Positions 46,986-56,406 of a stretch of DNA of 64,000 bases are shown here, piece by piece. Origin of the DNA: Phycisphaerae bacterium (GTDB lineage: Bacteria > Planctomycetota > Phycisphaerae > UBA1845 > Fen-1342). A program made the translations under genes and the position numbers. The stretch is taken from positions 384,001-448,000 of the forward strand of contig CAXXWX010000019.1 of NCBI GenBank assembly GCA_963675745.2. Direction: 5' to 3'. The notes below the pieces were generated by a model. The model had not been told where the DNA came from and did not search any database. It was given only the letters and a program-made list of their open reading frames with translations. The stretch's first letter is position 1, and every line of letters starts with the position of its first letter.

Positions 46986-47576
46986 ATGCGGTTGAGATTC
47001 TATGAAGGCATGTTCCTATTCGACAACGCGTTCACGCATGAGTGGGCGGCGGTGGAGGCGGAAGTCAAACGCCTGTGCGACCGGATTGGCGCGGAGTTGC
47101 TCGTCTGCGTGAAGTTCGACGAGCGCCGGCTGGCATATGAGATCAAGAAGCGCAAACGCGGTACCTTCGTGTTGACCTATTTCAACGTGGAGCCCGAGCG
47201 TATTGCCGATCTCGAGCGCGACGTGCAACTCAGCGAGTCCGTCCTGCGCGTGCTTGTACTTCGCGCCGAAGGCGTCTCCGCCGAGAGGATCAAGGAGCTT
47301 CAGGAGCGCACGGCGTCCGAAGCCCTTCAGCCCGGTGGCGGTGAGCGCGATCGCGGCCCGCGCGATCGCTATGACCGCGGTTCGCGCGATCGCTACGATC
47401 GTGGTTCGCGTGAGCGCGGCGAGCGCGGTGAGCGCGGTTCACGTGACCGCGGCCCGCACGAGCGATATGAACGAGATTCCGAGTCGGCGGACAGGTCACC
47501 CGAGCCGGCTGACGCCACCGCAGTGCTGACAGAGCCGGCCCCCGAGGCCGCCACGCCGGAAACACCTGGCACGTGA
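46986..47576 (+). CDS. rpsF: 30S ribosomal protein S6 with long charged C-terminal tail
   Basis: YEGMFLFD, RRLAYEIKK, VLRVLVLR; lies upstream of ssb. Confidence 0.92.
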   Translation: MRLRFYEGMFLFDNAFTHEWAAVEAEVKRLCDRIGAELLVCVKFDERRLAYEIKKRKRGTFVLTYFNVEPERIADLERDVQLSESVLRVLVLRAEGVSAERIKELQERTASEALQPGGGERDRGPRDRYDRGSRDRYDRGSRERGERGERGSRDRGPHERYERDSESADRSPEPADATAVLTEPAPEAATPETPGT

Positions 47577-47634
47577 TGCTCGCGGTCGCGCTTCACGGCC
47601 GCTGTACGGCCGCTGTGCCGACAGGAGAGAGACT

Positions 47635-48099
47635 ATGGGCAATTTCAACCGTGTCATTCTGATGGGCAACCTGACACGCGACCCGCAGTTGAAGTATCTG
47701 CCGAGCAACACGGCGGTATGCGAATTCGGGTTGGCGGTCAATCGTCGGTGGCGCGACCCGGACGGCAACCAACACGACGAGACTTGTTTCGTCGACTTAG
47801 AGGCGTTCGGCCGTAGGGGCGAGACGATCAACCAGTACATGACCAAGGGAGGCGCGATCCTGATTGAAGGACGGCTCAAGTTCGATAGCTGGACCGCGCA
47901 GGATGGAGCCAAACGCTCCAAGCTACGCGTAGTCGTCGAGAATTTCACCTTTGTCGGCGGCCGTGACGGCGGTGGCGGTGGCGGCGGTAACTACGCCAGG
48001 CAGCAAGCGTCTGGTTCCAGCGACACCGGCGGGCAGTACGACCCCGGACCGCCGTCCGACAACCAGTCGCCCCCCGCGGGAGATGATATTCCGTTCTAA
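47635..48099 (+). CDS. ssb: Single-stranded DNA-binding protein
   Basis: FNRVILMGNLTRDP, C-terminal DDIPF. Confidence 0.97.
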   Translation: MGNFNRVILMGNLTRDPQLKYLPSNTAVCEFGLAVNRRWRDPDGNQHDETCFVDLEAFGRRGETINQYMTKGGAILIEGRLKFDSWTAQDGAKRSKLRVVVENFTFVGGRDGGGGGGGNYARQQASGSSDTGGQYDPGPPSDNQSPPAGDDIPF

Positions 48100-48192
48100 C
48101 CACGCGCCCGCCAAAGGTCAGGCTACCTGGATCGATGACTGCGGCGGAAGCGAGACGATGTAGCGATTAACCGAAAACCTTGAGGTAGAACC

Positions 48193-48453
48193 ATGGCTTC
48201 GTTGTTTTCACAAGCCGCTCGCAAGAAGCGGAAACGTGCCCGGCGCCTGGCTGATGCTGCCAAGCGGCGGATCTTTCAGGAGAGCGAAAAGCAGTTTGAC
48301 TACAAGGACACTGCCAGCCTTCAACGGCTCATGACGACCCACGGCAAGCTCTTTTCACGAAAACGCTCGGGCCTGACATCGCAGGAGCAGCGGCGCGCGG
48401 CGTTGGCCGTCAAGCGTGCGCGGTTCATTGGGCTCCTGCCATATGCGGGCTAG
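48193..48453 (+). CDS. rpsR: 30S ribosomal protein S18 (Cys-free form)
   Basis: DYKD, GKLFSRKRSG, QRRAALAVKRARFIGLLPY. Confidence 0.93.
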   Translation: MASLFSQAARKKRKRARRLADAAKRRIFQESEKQFDYKDTASLQRLMTTHGKLFSRKRSGLTSQEQRRAALAVKRARFIGLLPYAG

Positions 48454-48585
48454 CGTCCGGCGTCATATGTTCGCCGCAGGTGTCGCCGCGCGGCAAGAGC
48501 GAGCCTGGCACGATGGGCTCATGCGATGAACGCACGAGATACCCTACTAGCAGGTCATCCGGACCCAATGATGGAGTGATAACCC

Positions 48586-49116
48586 ATGCAGGTGCTGTTA
48601 CTTAAGGACGTGCGCAAGGTCGGGCACGTCGGTGATGTGGTGGCCGTGAAGACCGGCTTTGCCCGCAACTTCCTGATCCCTCAACTGCTCGCCGCCGAAC
48701 CGACGCCGGAGAATATTGCGGCAATCGAAGAAGAGAAGAAACGCGCGGCGGTCGTACGCGCCAAGCGGAACTCCGAGTTTCAGAAACTCGCCACCCGCCT
48801 TGAGGAGGTTTCCGCGACGATCGAAGCCGCGGCCAACCCCGAGGGGACGCTGTATGGTTCGGTTGGCGCACCGGAGATCGCCGCAGCGCTCAACGCCCAG
48901 GGCTTTGAGGTGCTTCCCGAGCACGTGATACTGGAAACGCCGATCCGAACGTTGGATAATCGCGTCGTCAACCTCGAGTTTACCGACGAGATTACCGCCC
49001 AGGTGAAGGTCTGGGTGGTGCGGGAGGGAGGCACGACTGATGACGACGAGCAACACGAGGATCTCGGCGAACCCGCCGACGACTCTGGAGACGACGCCCT
49101 CGAAACCGCCGAATAG
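48586..49116 (+). CDS. rplI: 50S ribosomal protein L9
   Basis: GDVVAVKTGFARNFLIP, LYGSV. Confidence 0.96.
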   Translation: MQVLLLKDVRKVGHVGDVVAVKTGFARNFLIPQLLAAEPTPENIAAIEEEKKRAAVVRAKRNSEFQKLATRLEEVSATIEAAANPEGTLYGSVGAPEIAAALNAQGFEVLPEHVILETPIRTLDNRVVNLEFTDEITAQVKVWVVREGGTTDDDEQHEDLGEPADDSGDDALETAE

Positions 49117-50494
49117 CACAGCGGCATTCGAGCGGCAATTGCCGCACTCACCTGACGCCGAGCGCGCCCTGCTCGGCTCGATGTTGCTGGACGAGGCCGC
49201 CGTCGGCGAGGCGATTGCGTTCCTGAAGCGCGTCGGCGGCGCTGCGTTCTTCCATGAACGGCATCGGCTGATCTTCGAGCAGATCGCCACGTTCTACGAC
49301 CGGGGTCAGCCGCTGGACGCCGTCGTGCTCAAGGACCACCTCGAGCGCGCTGGTTTGCTCGAGCAGCTTGGCGGACTGGAGTACCTCGGGCAGCTTGTCA
49401 ACGCCGTGCCCTCCGCCGATCGCGTATTGCACTACGGCGAGATTGTCCGCGACAAATACCTGCTGCGACTGCTGATCACCGCCGCGCACCACCTGATCGA
49501 GAAGTCGTTCGACGATCGAGAGGAAATCGCCGACGTCCTCGACGAGGCCGAACGCAAGGTCTTTGAGATCACCCAGCAGCGCATCACGTCCGACGCGACC
49601 GACTTGCACGCGTTGGTTGAGCGGGTATTCAAGCAGATCGAGCAACGCGACGGAGAGGCGATCACCGGCGCGCCCACCGGGTACTACGAGCTCGACGAAC
49701 TGACCTGCGGCATGCAGCCATCCGAGTTGATCATCGTGGCCGCGCGCCCCTCGGTGGGCAAGACGGCGCTGGGCCTGAACATGGCCGAGCATCTGGCCAT
49801 CACCGAACGCCGGCCGGTGCTGTTCTTTTCACTGGAAATGAGCAAGCAGCAACTGGCCCAGCGCGTGCTGTGCAGTCGCGCGCGCGTGGATGCCCACCGG
49901 CTGCGGCGCGGGCGGATCACCGCCGACGAAATGCAGCGGTTGCACGCGGCGGCGGACGAGACGCGCGGCGCGCCGCTGCACGTCGATGACTCATCCGACC
50001 TGACCGTGCGCGAACTCCAGGCGCGTGCCCGCACGGTCTATCACCGGCAGAAGTTCTGCGCCATCTTCGTCGACTATCTCCAGCTCATGCGCGGCTCCAA
50101 GGCCGAGAACCGCCAGGTCGCCGTCGCTGACATATCACGCGGGCTCAAAGCGCTGGCCAAGCAGTTGGAAGTGCCGGTGGTCGCACTGGCGCAGCTCAAC
50201 CGTAACCCGGAAGACCGCGGGGGCAAGCCGCGCATGAGTGACTTGCGCGAATCCGGCGCGATCGAGCAGGATGCCGACGTCATCATCCTGCTCCACCGCG
50301 AGTCATACCAACGCGATACCGACGCGCAAGCCGCGCCCGCCGAAGATGATAATCTCGCAGAATTACTGATTGCCAAGCAGCGCAACGGCCCGGTCGGACG
50401 CGTGACACTGCACTTCAACAAGCAGTACACACGGTTTGATAACCATAGCCCGGGCCGCTATCCGGACGGCGGTGGGTCCGGCACGTTTCCATAG
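49040..50494 (+). CDS. dnaB: Replicative DNA helicase
   Basis: PHSPDAERALLG, AARPSVGKT, FSLEM, DYLQLM, LAQLNR, DLRESGAIEQDAD, KQRNGP. No intein. Start uncertain (overlaps rplI). Confidence 0.96.
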   Translation: MTTSNTRISANPPTTLETTPSKPPNSTAAFERQLPHSPDAERALLGSMLLDEAAVGEAIAFLKRVGGAAFFHERHRLIFEQIATFYDRGQPLDAVVLKDHLERAGLLEQLGGLEYLGQLVNAVPSADRVLHYGEIVRDKYLLRLLITAAHHLIEKSFDDREEIADVLDEAERKVFEITQQRITSDATDLHALVERVFKQIEQRDGEAITGAPTGYYELDELTCGMQPSELIIVAARPSVGKTALGLNMAEHLAITERRPVLFFSLEMSKQQLAQRVLCSRARVDAHRLRRGRITADEMQRLHAAADETRGAPLHVDDSSDLTVRELQARARTVYHRQKFCAIFVDYLQLMRGSKAENRQVAVADISRGLKALAKQLEVPVVALAQLNRNPEDRGGKPRMSDLRESGAIEQDADVIILLHRESYQRDTDAQAAPAEDDNLAELLIAKQRNGPVGRVTLHFNKQYTRFDNHSPGRYPDGGGSGTFP

Positions 50495-50649
50495 TCCAAT
50501 ATTGCGTGAAGTCCGGCGTGGCGCGCGGCAGTAACGGGCGTGGAGTGGCGGGGTTGGCATCAACTCACTGCGGGCTCATCAGCCTGACGTCAACATTGCA
50601 AATGCACCTCGGGCGGCCTAGAATTGCTAAGAGGTTTCGAGCGACTACC

Positions 50650-51264
50650 ATGCTTAGCCTGCCTGACGCGGGTCGGGGTGTCGTTGACGTGCGATGTGCC
50701 TTCCATTTGCGCGGTGGGGAGCGCTGCACCGTCGAGTTGATCGATGCGTGGCTTGCGCGCTATGGCTATGACGTGGCCGGTTGCGCAGACCCGTACGATG
50801 CCTGTGTCCATCTGCTACTGAACCAGGCACAGGCGCCCGAGCTTGCCTTCCTTGGTACTGACTGGTTGGCGCGCGAGGAATTCGCGCTGCTCGAGTACGT
50901 GCGCGAGGCGTGGCCGCGGACCGGGATACTCGTCTACGGCTCTGATCTGCAATCAGCGTTCGGCGCGCTGGACATGATGGCGTTCTGCAAGTCACGGGCC
51001 GCGTTGCGCGAGTCGCTGGCGCAAACGCCGGATGACCTGCTCGCCAATCTGCGCCGCGGGACGCCCATTGCGGGCGCGCGTGCCCGGCTCCCGCGGCCGC
51101 GTGAGGCTGTGGCGGAGGCCCCCACGTCGCAGGCACTGCCGCCGTCGATGAAGGATGCCGCAAAGCCGCCGGCGCACGCCGCGCCGGGCGAGAGCGGGGC
51201 GGCGTCTCTGTCGCAATCGCTGCTGACTCGTGATGAACTGGCCGCCTTGTTGGGTGATCAATAA
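50650..51264 (+). CDS. Degenerate receiver-like protein with Pro/Ala linker and C-terminal LLTRDELAALL peptide
   Basis: LARYGYDVAGC...PELAFLG...VREAWPRTGILVY follows the REC-fold pattern without the canonical Asp. Start uncertain. Confidence 0.55.
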   Translation: MLSLPDAGRGVVDVRCAFHLRGGERCTVELIDAWLARYGYDVAGCADPYDACVHLLLNQAQAPELAFLGTDWLAREEFALLEYVREAWPRTGILVYGSDLQSAFGALDMMAFCKSRAALRESLAQTPDDLLANLRRGTPIAGARARLPRPREAVAEAPTSQALPPSMKDAAKPPAHAAPGESGAASLSQSLLTRDELAALLGDQ

Positions 51265-51296
51265 CCCGCACGATTTCCGGGGACGCCGGGTATCAA

Positions 51297-52583
51297 ATGA
51301 TCGAGATGAGAGACGACTCACGTATTCTGGTAATCGGCTCGGCCGCGCTGGCCGACGCGGCGCGGCGGGCGTTACCGGAGCGTGATGTCATCGGGGTGGC
51401 TCATTCATTGGCGGGGGTGTGGCAGACGGGGCGCGCCGGCTGTGGCGACGTGCTGCTATCGCTTTCGCTGGGCGGCGATGCACTGCGTGCCCTGCGCAGC
51501 TTGCGCCGCGTGGCCCCCGGCGCGCGTATTGTCCTGACCTGTACGCCGGCCGACGAGCCGCGCGCCCGTCAGGCGCTGGGCGATGGAGCCGATGAATACC
51601 TGGTTGAGCCACTGGCCGCCGCTGATTTGCGACAGGCCTTTGACAAAAACGCTCCGCCGCGCGGGACCGGCATGCGCCAGGGCGAGCCCACGCCCACCGT
51701 TGCGGAAATCGTGCAGTTGGGAGACATCCTGCGCAACCTGGCCGAAGGGCCTCAAGTTACCCTGGACCGCCTGGCCGCCCTCGTGCAGCACTCGTTTGAT
51801 TCCAGCGGCGTCGCCATCGAGCTTGATGGGCTCGAGGCACGCGCTGGTGACGTGTCCGAAGCAGTGCTCGAAATGCCGATCGAGCGCGAGCACGCCGCGG
51901 TCGGACGCGTACGCCTGGGACGTTGTCGTCGCGGCACGTACCTTGCCACAACCGCGGCGCGCCTGGCCGATATGTGCCGGCTGGTCGAGGCGGCGGTACA
52001 CGAGGCACGCGAACGAGATCAACTGCGCGAATTGGCCTGGACTGACGACCTGAGCCAACTGCGCAACCGCCGCTATTTCTCACAGGTTCTCGATGACCTG
52101 TTGGCGCAGGCGCGGCAACGCCGTACGCGCGTGACCGTGCTGCTCTTCGACGTCGACGGGTTCAAGGCGTACAACGACGCCTATGGTCACGCCACCGGCG
52201 ACGCGCTGATCCGCGAGCTGGGCGTGTTGTTGAACCGTTGCTCGCGCGCTGACGACATCGTGGCACGCTACGGCGGCGACGAGTTTACCGTTGCGTTCTG
52301 GGATGCCGAGCAACCCCGTGTGCCGGGCTCACGCCACCCCAGCGAACCGATCATGCTGGCGGAACGATTCCAGCGGGCAATTCGCGAACATCAATTCGAG
52401 TGCTTCGGCCCGGACGCACCGGGGCCCGTGACGATCAGCGGCGGCCTGGCCTGCTTCCCGTGGCACGGGGACACGCGCGACGAGCTGATGCGGGCCGCCG
52501 ACGCGGCGCTGGGCGAGGCCAAGCGCACCGGCAAGAACCGCATCGCGCTGGCCGGCGATCCCGATGAGGCAGCGCCCGCCTGA
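51297..52583 (+). CDS. Diguanylate cyclase with N-terminal pseudo-receiver domain
   Basis: GADEYLVEP; DDLSQLRNRRYF, DVDGFKAYNDAYGHATGD, RADD I-site, RYGGDEF. Confidence 0.92.
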   Translation: MIEMRDDSRILVIGSAALADAARRALPERDVIGVAHSLAGVWQTGRAGCGDVLLSLSLGGDALRALRSLRRVAPGARIVLTCTPADEPRARQALGDGADEYLVEPLAAADLRQAFDKNAPPRGTGMRQGEPTPTVAEIVQLGDILRNLAEGPQVTLDRLAALVQHSFDSSGVAIELDGLEARAGDVSEAVLEMPIEREHAAVGRVRLGRCRRGTYLATTAARLADMCRLVEAAVHEARERDQLRELAWTDDLSQLRNRRYFSQVLDDLLAQARQRRTRVTVLLFDVDGFKAYNDAYGHATGDALIRELGVLLNRCSRADDIVARYGGDEFTVAFWDAEQPRVPGSRHPSEPIMLAERFQRAIREHQFECFGPDAPGPVTISGGLACFPWHGDTRDELMRAADAALGEAKRTGKNRIALAGDPDEAAPA

Positions 52584-52587
52584 TCGC

Positions 52588-54366
52588 TCAGTCGCCTAGC
52601 AGTGCCCGTTCCAGATGCCGGGTGGCCTCGATGTCCTTATCCCGCGCTGCGATGATCAGCGGCACCATCTGCCGCCGAATCTGCGGCTCGGCGAACTTGC
52701 GGATGTGCTCATCACTGCGGCCGAGACCGCCGACGAGCTCCCAAACCTGCCACATCAACTCATGCTCGGCCTCGAAACACGCCGCCGCCGCTTGCAGGCT
52801 TCCCGCTGCCTCGGGCAGTTCTGACGCCGCGTGTTTCACGAAGTGCATGGCGTACCAGCGCGCCTCGGCGACTGTGCAGACAGCGTCGTCGTGGGCCATG
52901 TGGCGTTCGCGCAGGAGATTCAGATCGTCGACGGGCAGTTCGTCATCACGCTGGAGCGCCTCGGCCCACGCCGTGTACGCCGCGTGACCGGCGTGGAAAT
53001 CGCCCACGCGTGCCCGCCGCGCCAAATCAACACCCCAGCGCAGCGCCCGGCGGTAGATTTCCCGCAGCGGCGGCCGGGCCTGCTTCTCGCCCAGCAGCAC
53101 AATCCCCGCCAGATCCGCACCCCAGTCGGCCTTGCGGAAGTAACCGGTCGCCTCGAAGCCGAGCCCCGCCGCGAAATCCGGCACGCCCTGGAAGAAGCTC
53201 CATCCGATCAGAATATCGCCGTCATGGTCGTAACCGGTGATGATGCACGGCTCCGGCGGTCCAACCACGCCGCACGCGATAACCGGCCGGCCATGCTCAC
53301 AAATGCTCTCGACAATCCGCCGGCGGTACTCCGCGGCGTCGTCGCACAGCGTGATCGAGTCCGCGTCTCCTCCCGCAAACACGGGCTTGAAGAAGAACGA
53401 GCACGCATGCCCCATCGCGTCGCACGCCCGGCGGACGGGCTCGGCGGGGTCGTCGGAAATGAACGGCAGCCCGACGTTGCCGCCAAACCACTCGCCATCC
53501 CGCCATAGCAGTCGAAAGGCGGCCCCGGACGTGCCCATGATGAACACATACGTGTGGTTCAAACGCCACTGGCCGCCGTGGCTGGATATCAATTCATGAC
53601 CCGAGTCGTGCCCCATGAATTCGAAGCAGGCGCGCAGGCAGGATGGGAAAGGATCGTCCTCGGGACAGCGTTGCACGTCGCTGCCCGGCGTAATCAACCC
53701 GGTGCCGTATGCCACGCGCGGCACGTTCTCCAGCACCTTGTGCGAGAACCCCTCAGGCAGTTGATGCTCGCCGATTGCCTCCGTCACCATCGTATCAACC
53801 TCCGCTTGCATGAGTTGTCGGGGCAACGCCGCCCTGAGCTGCTGCCGAGCGCGATAGACGAGCGCCTGGGCCGTCCCCAGCGGGATGTCCATGAAGTCCG
53901 CCAGTCGTCGGTGGCTCAACCCGCCCAGGTAGTACATCTCCAGCGGCTCGCGGTACTTCGGCGGTAAAGCGGCAACCGCGCTCAGAATCCGAGCACCCAG
54001 CTCGCGGCCCGACAGCCGTTGATCAGGCGTGGCATGTGCCGGGGCATTGGCATCGGCGGGCAACTCGTCGACCTGCACCACACGGCGACCCCCGAGTTGC
54101 TGCTTTCGCACCCAGTTGAGCGCCACCGTGTGCGTCACACGTCGCAACCAGCCGGCGAAACGTTGACCGTCGTGCAACTGGTTGAGCGTCTCCAGCGCGC
54201 GGATGAACGTCTCCTGAGTGATATCCTGGGCATCGGCCCAGCGGCCGACCACGCCGTGCGCCAAGGCGTACACGTACCCCTGGTAGCGGGCGATGAGTTC
54301 GCCGCACGCGTCGCGCCGGCCGGCGCGAGCACGCTGAACGAGTTCGGCATCTGTCAATCCGCTCAT
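52588..54366 (-). CDS. ECF sigma factor with ~400-aa soluble C-terminal extension
   Basis: Region 2 AQDITQETFIRA...FAGWLRR; region 4 LPPKYREPL...LGTAQALVYRARQQLR; then CPEDDPFPSCLRAC...MGTSGAAF domain. Confidence 0.88.
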   Translation of the reverse strand: MSGLTDAELVQRARAGRRDACGELIARYQGYVYALAHGVVGRWADAQDITQETFIRALETLNQLHDGQRFAGWLRRVTHTVALNWVRKQQLGGRRVVQVDELPADANAPAHATPDQRLSGRELGARILSAVAALPPKYREPLEMYYLGGLSHRRLADFMDIPLGTAQALVYRARQQLRAALPRQLMQAEVDTMVTEAIGEHQLPEGFSHKVLENVPRVAYGTGLITPGSDVQRCPEDDPFPSCLRACFEFMGHDSGHELISSHGGQWRLNHTYVFIMGTSGAAFRLLWRDGEWFGGNVGLPFISDDPAEPVRRACDAMGHACSFFFKPVFAGGDADSITLCDDAAEYRRRIVESICEHGRPVIACGVVGPPEPCIITGYDHDGDILIGWSFFQGVPDFAAGLGFEATGYFRKADWGADLAGIVLLGEKQARPPLREIYRRALRWGVDLARRARVGDFHAGHAAYTAWAEALQRDDELPVDDLNLLRERHMAHDDAVCTVAEARWYAMHFVKHAASELPEAAGSLQAAAACFEAEHELMWQVWELVGGLGRSDEHIRKFAEPQIRRQMVPLIIAARDKDIEATRHLERALLGD

Positions 54367-54747
54367 CGCGGCTCCCCTCGGTGACACGCCCGGACCACCC
54401 GGGAGGCACTGTCGCCCACCATCATGCCACCGAAACTACCCCAATGACATGACTGGTCGCCGGTTTGTTGCAGACGGCGCAATATGTAATGTCAATGAAC
54501 GCGCCGGCAACAGCGCGCCGGCTGTAGCCCTGCATCGCGTGGAGAGTCCGGCAGCACAAGCTTTCGAGCCGAATGCCGGTCCGGTCAGTCCGCCGCGGTA
54601 ACGCGGCCGACGCGACGCACAGAGCGTTGCCCTCATCGGACGGGATCGCACGATCGGCGGGGAAAACGCGAACGGTTCGCGGCGTTGCCGTGGCTTATCG
54701 CAAGCGGGGCGCGCGGCACGCCATGAGGCACGCGCACCACCCTGCCC

Positions 54748-56406
54748 TTACTTCTCGCCGCGCGGGGACTTACCCTGATTCAGCAGCTCCATGGCGGCCG
54801 CGTCTTGCAGGCGCGTGAGGTCGGTCCAGAACGTGCCCTCGCCGGCGAAGATCAGCCGCACCGAGTCGGGTGAGAAATTCTCGGCGAACGTATACAGGCT
54901 ATAGGCACGGCCACTGCCGAACGCCTCGATAAAGAGACGCTTGCCGCTGGCCTCAGCCTGGCGTTTCATCTGCTCAACCTCGGCGTTGGCCTGTCCCAGC
55001 ATCAGCACACGCTGGGCATCGAGCTCCGCCACCTCTCGATCGATGCGGGCCACCGCCAGGTCGCGCTGCGCGTCGATCTGCTCGGCCTGCTTTTCACCCT
55101 CGGCCTTGATCTCGGCGACCTTCTTGCGCGTTTCCGCGGTGATGTTCTCGCGCGCGACTTCAATCAACGCCACGTCGGCTTCCAGCTCGGCCTTTACGCT
55201 GGCCGTTTCCTGCTGTTTCTGCTTGGTCAGGTTCTCTTCGTCGGCGATATATCCGCGCTGGATCGTCTGCTTCAGATCGAGTCCGTCGGCGTCCGCCGAA
55301 CCGCCGCGCACCTCGATATTCTGAATAAGCGCAATCAGGATGTCGATGTTGCGCTCGCCGCAGACCTTCTGCAACGTTTCGGTCACGGCGCGCTGGTACA
55401 GCTCACGCTTCTCGCCTTCGATGAAGTCGGTGCTCACGTATTGTGAGCCGATGTTGCGGCAGATACTCCGCGTCTGACCGAGGATAATCTCCTTGATCCG
55501 ATCCACTTCGCCGAGCTGGTTGATCATCTCGGGCATATGCCGCGGATCACGGCCCCAGACCACGGTAACCTCGACCGCAATAGTAAAGCCGTCGGCGGCC
55601 GGGAAAGTGATCTCATCGTTCGGATCGTCGGAGTGGGCCTGCGCCAACTGGTTGTACCCGATCTGTACCAGCTTGACCTGCTGGACCTTGGGGTTGATGT
55701 AATACAGGCCCGGCGGCAGCACGTCCTTGAGGACGCCGCGTTGCCCCTCGACAGCGAGTTTCTGCACTACCTTTGGTGGTCCCTCGATCAGTTCGCCGTC
55801 GGGGCCGATGCTGGTCTCACTCACGATGTCGGTGCCGGGGTCGTCGCCGAGTTGCGAGGTCACCACGCCGACACACCCGATGGGCACGACGATGGCATCC
55901 ACGGTCTTGACCTCGAACGCCAACGGGTTGATGCGGTACGTGCCCGGCGTCAGCACATTTCGCTGAATGCCCTGGAAGCCCTCGCGCACAACCTCCGACT
56001 CTTCCGTCCATGGTTTGCCGGCGAGGCTGGTGACGATCCCGACTTGCGGCCACTCGCCCTCGATACGCGGGATGTCATATTCCGGGTTGCCGGCGAGGTA
56101 TACCTCGCGCCAGGTGGCCGGGTCGCCGGCCGAGATGGTTGTCAGCGGCATCTTCTGGGTTTCCCACAGCCACGGAATGAAGAAGTAGCGTCCCGGGCCG
56201 AGGGCCTCGCGCTGAATGCCCTTCTGCCCCGGTTGATCAGCAATGATCTGGTTGGCTGGCAACTCCGCGCCCGACTTGCGGATCAGCACCAGGCACTCGT
56301 CCGGGCCGACGTCAACGCGGCAGGTGAACCAGATGAAGCCGAGCAGCAGGGCGCCCAATGCCAGCGCCAGACCAAGCAGCGTGGAGATCATTCGTGTCTT
56401 CGACAT
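54748..56406 (-). CDS. SPFH/band-7 domain membrane protein B
   Basis: N-terminal TM, three ...PGxYxINP-type repeats, ITFPAADGFTIAVEVTV (SPFH2), coiled coil. Confidence 0.87.
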   Translation of the reverse strand: MSKTRMISTLLGLALALGALLLGFIWFTCRVDVGPDECLVLIRKSGAELPANQIIADQPGQKGIQREALGPGRYFFIPWLWETQKMPLTTISAGDPATWREVYLAGNPEYDIPRIEGEWPQVGIVTSLAGKPWTEESEVVREGFQGIQRNVLTPGTYRINPLAFEVKTVDAIVVPIGCVGVVTSQLGDDPGTDIVSETSIGPDGELIEGPPKVVQKLAVEGQRGVLKDVLPPGLYYINPKVQQVKLVQIGYNQLAQAHSDDPNDEITFPAADGFTIAVEVTVVWGRDPRHMPEMINQLGEVDRIKEIILGQTRSICRNIGSQYVSTDFIEGEKRELYQRAVTETLQKVCGERNIDILIALIQNIEVRGGSADADGLDLKQTIQRGYIADEENLTKQKQQETASVKAELEADVALIEVARENITAETRKKVAEIKAEGEKQAEQIDAQRDLAVARIDREVAELDAQRVLMLGQANAEVEQMKRQAEASGKRLFIEAFGSGRAYSLYTFAENFSPDSVRLIFAGEGTFWTDLTRLQDAAAMELLNQGKSPRGEK

